A program made the translations under genes and the position numbers. From the NCBI RefSeq assembly GCF_965656025.1, contig NZ_CBFHJT010000002.1, positions 11,936 to 75,935 on the forward strand: 64,000 bases of DNA. Direction: 5' to 3'. Source of the stretch: Polaribacter sp. Its GTDB lineage: Bacteria; Bacteroidota; Bacteroidia; Flavobacteriales; Flavobacteriaceae. Under the pieces are notes generated by a model. It searched no databases. It was not told where the DNA came from and saw nothing but the letters and a program-made list of their open reading frames with translations. Shown here in pieces: positions 60,608 through 64,000 of this stretch; the first letter of the stretch is position 1; each line of letters starts with the position of its first letter.

Positions 60608-62524
60608 TTACCAACCTGGATTTTGAACTAAATTGGGATTTCTAGAAAGCTCTGTAAAGCTTATTGGTTGAAAATAATCTCTAGGAGTATTAAACGAACG
60701 TTGACCAATTTCTTTAATTTGATAATAGTTTGCTTCAGAATCTTCATTAACAGACCAACCTTTAATTGGTGTTGAAAAATATTGATTTGCTAACTTCCAT
60801 CTTCTAACATCGTAATATCGATGTGCTTCAAATGCTAACTCTATAGATCTTTCTTGATGTATAATTTCTCTTAAACCTTCTTTGGTTAAGTGTTTATTAA
60901 CAGTAATTACATTATCAGAATTACTCCAAGCATCTTGTATTGATGGAATTCCAGCTCTTTGACGTATTATATTTAAAGCCTCATAAACTTCGCTTGATGG
61001 TCCATTAGCTTCATTTAAAGCCTCTGCATAATTTAAATACAATTCGCTTAATCTAATCATTGGCCATGGATAAGAAATTGCTTTATTATATGCATCTCCT
61101 TCTGTGTCTTGATGCACCAATTTTTTTAATGCATAACCTGTTTCTAAAAAATCATTTGTATTTGCAACCCTACCATGTGTTTCTCCACTTCTCATTCTTA
61201 AATTCCAAATACTACCCCAAGTTCTATTAATACCCCTGTCAAAACCTAAAGAAGCATAAAAACGAGGTTCTCTATCTAAATTTAATTTTGCTGTTCTGTT
61301 GGCAAATTGCGCATAAAATCTTTGATTAAATGCTATGGTAGCTAAATCATACCTGTTACTGTAATCAAAACTTTTATCTTCATTGATTGGTAAACCATTT
61401 TTTGTATAATACATTTCTGCCATTCTTAAACTGGGTGATAACCATTGCCAAGCAGCTTCAACAGAAGAAGAATTTGGATCTTTCATTAAAGATGGAGACT
61501 GAATTTGCCAATATTGGCCATTAGTAACTGGACTAGAATTTCCCCAAACCAATTCTGAATTCCAAGGTTCTGTAATTGAGAATCGATTATTATATTGATC
61601 TCTTATAAACTTAAATTGAAAGTTATTGGCATCAAAAGCAGGTGGTGTATCTGTATAATAATACATACTAACTCCTTGAGCCAATGCAGCATCTAAAGCT
61701 TCTTTTGCTGCCTCTGCAGCCAATTGCCATTTAGATTCATCAAAATTTTGATTAAAAAAATGTTGACCATCTTTATTTAAAAAATTAGAATAAAACTCAG
61801 AATTTCCGTTAAATAAAGGACTTGCACTGTATAATAATACTCTTGCTTTTATTGCCCTTGCAATTACTTTATCAATTCTACCCAAATCATTATTACCAAG
61901 CACTCTTTCTGGTAAATTTAAGATTGCCTCGTCTATTGTATTTACAATATAAGTAAAGCATTCATCTACAGGTTTACGCTCAACACGCACCTCTTCATCA
62001 GTTGCATCTATTGGTAAATTTACATCGATAATAGGAATAGGACCATAGTTACTTAGTAATAAAAAGTGATAATATGCTTTTAAAAAAGCAACTTCTGCTT
62101 TCCATTGATTTTTTTCTGATTGATTCATATCAACCACTAAGTCAATATTTTCAGTAAGAATATTACAAGCTCTAATGCCTTCCCAAATTGAGCCTTGACC
62201 TCTACCAGTTGCACCAAAACCAGACCAATATCCCATAAGCGGATTTGAAACGGTTTGCTGTCCTTTCATTACACGAATTGCATCTGGCTCTTTTGGAACT
62301 GGTGTAGCTAATTCATCACTCATTAAAACATAACTTGCATATGTTCCATCATTTTGAGGTAAGTAACTATAACAATTAGCTAATGCGTTAAATGCTGTTT
62401 CTTTTCTATTGAAAAGTAGGCTTAACTCTTGTGTTCCATCTGGAACAATATCTAAATATTTTTCGCAATTACTAAACGTTAGTATTGAGAAAATTACTGC
62501 TACTATTTTAATTTTTAACTTCAT
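60608..62524 (-). CDS. SusD/RagB family lipoprotein
   Basis: C..YLDIVP, FLKAYYHF, RLSELYLNYAEALNE, ERSIELAFE.HRY.DVRRW, QNPGW. Confidence 0.95.
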   Translation of the reverse strand: MKLKIKIVAVIFSILTFSNCEKYLDIVPDGTQELSLLFNRKETAFNALANCYSYLPQNDGTYASYVLMSDELATPVPKEPDAIRVMKGQQTVSNPLMGYWSGFGATGRGQGSIWEGIRACNILTENIDLVVDMNQSEKNQWKAEVAFLKAYYHFLLLSNYGPIPIIDVNLPIDATDEEVRVERKPVDECFTYIVNTIDEAILNLPERVLGNNDLGRIDKVIARAIKARVLLYSASPLFNGNSEFYSNFLNKDGQHFFNQNFDESKWQLAAEAAKEALDAALAQGVSMYYYTDTPPAFDANNFQFKFIRDQYNNRFSITEPWNSELVWGNSSPVTNGQYWQIQSPSLMKDPNSSSVEAAWQWLSPSLRMAEMYYTKNGLPINEDKSFDYSNRYDLATIAFNQRFYAQFANRTAKLNLDREPRFYASLGFDRGINRTWGSIWNLRMRSGETHGRVANTNDFLETGYALKKLVHQDTEGDAYNKAISYPWPMIRLSELYLNYAEALNEANGPSSEVYEALNIIRQRAGIPSIQDAWSNSDNVITVNKHLTKEGLREIIHQERSIELAFEAHRYYDVRRWKLANQYFSTPIKGWSVNEDSEANYYQIKEIGQRSFNTPRDYFQPISFTELSRNPNLVQNPGW

Positions 62525-62534
62525 TTTTTACGTT

Positions 62535-64000
62535 TTAAAAATTAACTTGAATTCCTAAGTTAAGCACCCGCTGAGGAGGATAGCCTAAGCCATTTCCTGC
62601 CATTTCTGGATCCCATAATTTAAATTTAGAAAAATGGAGTAAATTTACTCCAGTAAAATAAATTCTTGTTTGTGTGTCTGAAAAAACTTTACCAAGAGTT
62701 TCTGGCAATGTATAACCCAATTCCACATTTTTAAGTCTTAAAAAATCGCCACTTCTTAACCACCAAGTAGACCGTTTTTCATTATTATCTATTGCATAAG
62801 TAGATAAACGTGGCCAAAATGCATTCGGATTTGGATTATTTTCTGACCAATGGTTATCAGCGATAATACTTAATGCATTTCGTTCATTTACAAAAGGAGA
62901 AATATCATTAGGGTTTATTAAAAATGATGTTCTTGCTACACCTTGCATAAATACTGAAAAATCGAAAGCTTTATATTTAGCAGAGAAGCCAAAACCATAT
63001 ACAATTTCTGGCACATTTGGCCTACCAATTGGCACTTCGTCCGATTCATTAATAACACCATCATTATTAACGTCTTTATATTTAATATCTCCAGGTAAAT
63101 AAGAGTTTGTTGTAGAAAAACCATTAAATTGTTCTGGAGAATTATCTATATCTTCTTGATCTACAAATAATCTTTCAGCGATATAACCCCATTGTTGATT
63201 TACAGGATGACCAATTCTACTTAAATTTTTATTTTGAAATTCAGGTTCACCATTTACTAATACTTCGTTAGTGGCGTATGTAAAGTTACCTCTAGCTGTA
63301 ACGTAAAAATCTCCGCTAAAAGCATGATTATAATCTAAAGATAAATCAACACCATTAGATCTTACTTGACCAATGTTACTACTAATAACTGTTGTTAATC
63401 CAGAAGTTTCTGGAATGAACTGACGCTCCATATAAATATCTCGCCTATTTTCTGTAAAAATATCTGCAATAATATTTAGCTTGTTAAATAAACCTATTTC
63501 AATACCAATATTAGATTTAGTTGCTACTTCCCAACTTACATTTTCATTGGCATACCTATTAATGATAAAACCGTTATAATAGTTGTTATAGTTAGAGCCA
63601 AAAGAATAGCCTGTACCTCCATTATTTAAGTTAACATCAGACAAATAGAAAAAGCGATCACTCGCAATAGAAATACCGTCATTACCTACTAAACCATAAG
63701 AATATCTTAATTTAAACAAGTTAACGTCTGGTAAGTTTTTTTCAAAAAAATCTTCATTAGATAGTATCCAGCCAAAACCTACAGAAGGAAAAAATCCAAA
63801 TCGATTTTTTTGTGCGAATTTTTCTGATCCATTATAACCAAAGTTAAATTCGCTAAAATAACGATCATCATAACTGTAAGACGTTCTACCAGAAATACCA
63901 GTATTTCTGGATGGTAAGGTAGAAAAAGCAGTGTTACCTCCTATTGTATTTAAAGCCTCTTGAAAATAATTTACCAATAAACCACTTACTGCGTGTTTTT
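62535..64000 (-). CDS. SusC/RagA TonB-dependent transporter (5'-truncated by the window edge)
   Basis: GYNGSEKF, FGFFPS, SWE, PGDIKYKD.N.DG, FLRLKNVELGY, YP..R..NLG..VNF; frame stays open to the window end. Confidence 0.95.
   Translation of the reverse strand, partial: KHAVSGLLVNYFQEALNTIGGNTAFSTLPSRNTGISGRTSYSYDDRYFSEFNFGYNGSEKFAQKNRFGFFPSVGFGWILSNEDFFEKNLPDVNLFKLRYSYGLVGNDGISIASDRFFYLSDVNLNNGGTGYSFGSNYNNYYNGFIINRYANENVSWEVATKSNIGIEIGLFNKLNIIADIFTENRRDIYMERQFIPETSGLTTVISSNIGQVRSNGVDLSLDYNHAFSGDFYVTARGNFTYATNEVLVNGEPEFQNKNLSRIGHPVNQQWGYIAERLFVDQEDIDNSPEQFNGFSTTNSYLPGDIKYKDVNNDGVINESDEVPIGRPNVPEIVYGFGFSAKYKAFDFSVFMQGVARTSFLINPNDISPFVNERNALSIIADNHWSENNPNPNAFWPRLSTYAIDNNEKRSTWWLRSGDFLRLKNVELGYTLPETLGKVFSDTQTRIYFTGVNLLHFSKFKLWDPEMAGNGLGYPPQRVLNLGIQVNF

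Noticed and set aside
648-63124. Many short ORF-track entries antisense to or nested in long genes (e.g. 1918-2373, 20814-21275, 41232-41666, 38292-38621)
   Set aside because: Shadow ORFs overlapping well-supported genes; no motifs, and composition typical of reverse-frame translation

Overview
Low-GC (about 30% by eye) Flavobacteriaceae chromosome segment, Polaribacter/Tenacibaculum-like, judged from TAnnTTTG promoters, T9SS cargo and SusC/D. (1) 1.5-6.9 kb: an uncharacterised envelope locus. Two paralogous operons (OB-fold - YceI - DUF5777-like beta-barrel; the left one headed by a monoheme c-type cytochrome lipoprotein) point outward from a membrane-anchored one-component LytTR regulator and share a near-identical repeat-containing promoter element. 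This is the best candidate for an undescribed system. (2) Housekeeping carB, rpmH (missed by the ORF track), pyrG, yidC. (3) 14.9-28.8 kb: three tandem giant T9SS-secreted paralogs with a shared C-terminal chassis, different N-terminal domain sets and a variable internal CBM-like slot. (4) 29-48.6 kb: core genes (cysteine desulfurase, Smr, two ppk2, LpxR, RecD-like helicase, rsmD, PPIase/MoxR operon, recQ, fmt, HU). (5) tRNA-Met(CAT), then a tyrosine-integrase pseudogene with two in-frame stops, then a beta-glucan/laminarin-type PUL (MFS, GH30, GH3, GH16, GH5-CBM6, lipoprotein, SusD, partial SusC) running off the right end. All family calls come from motif recognition by eye; no database searches were run.
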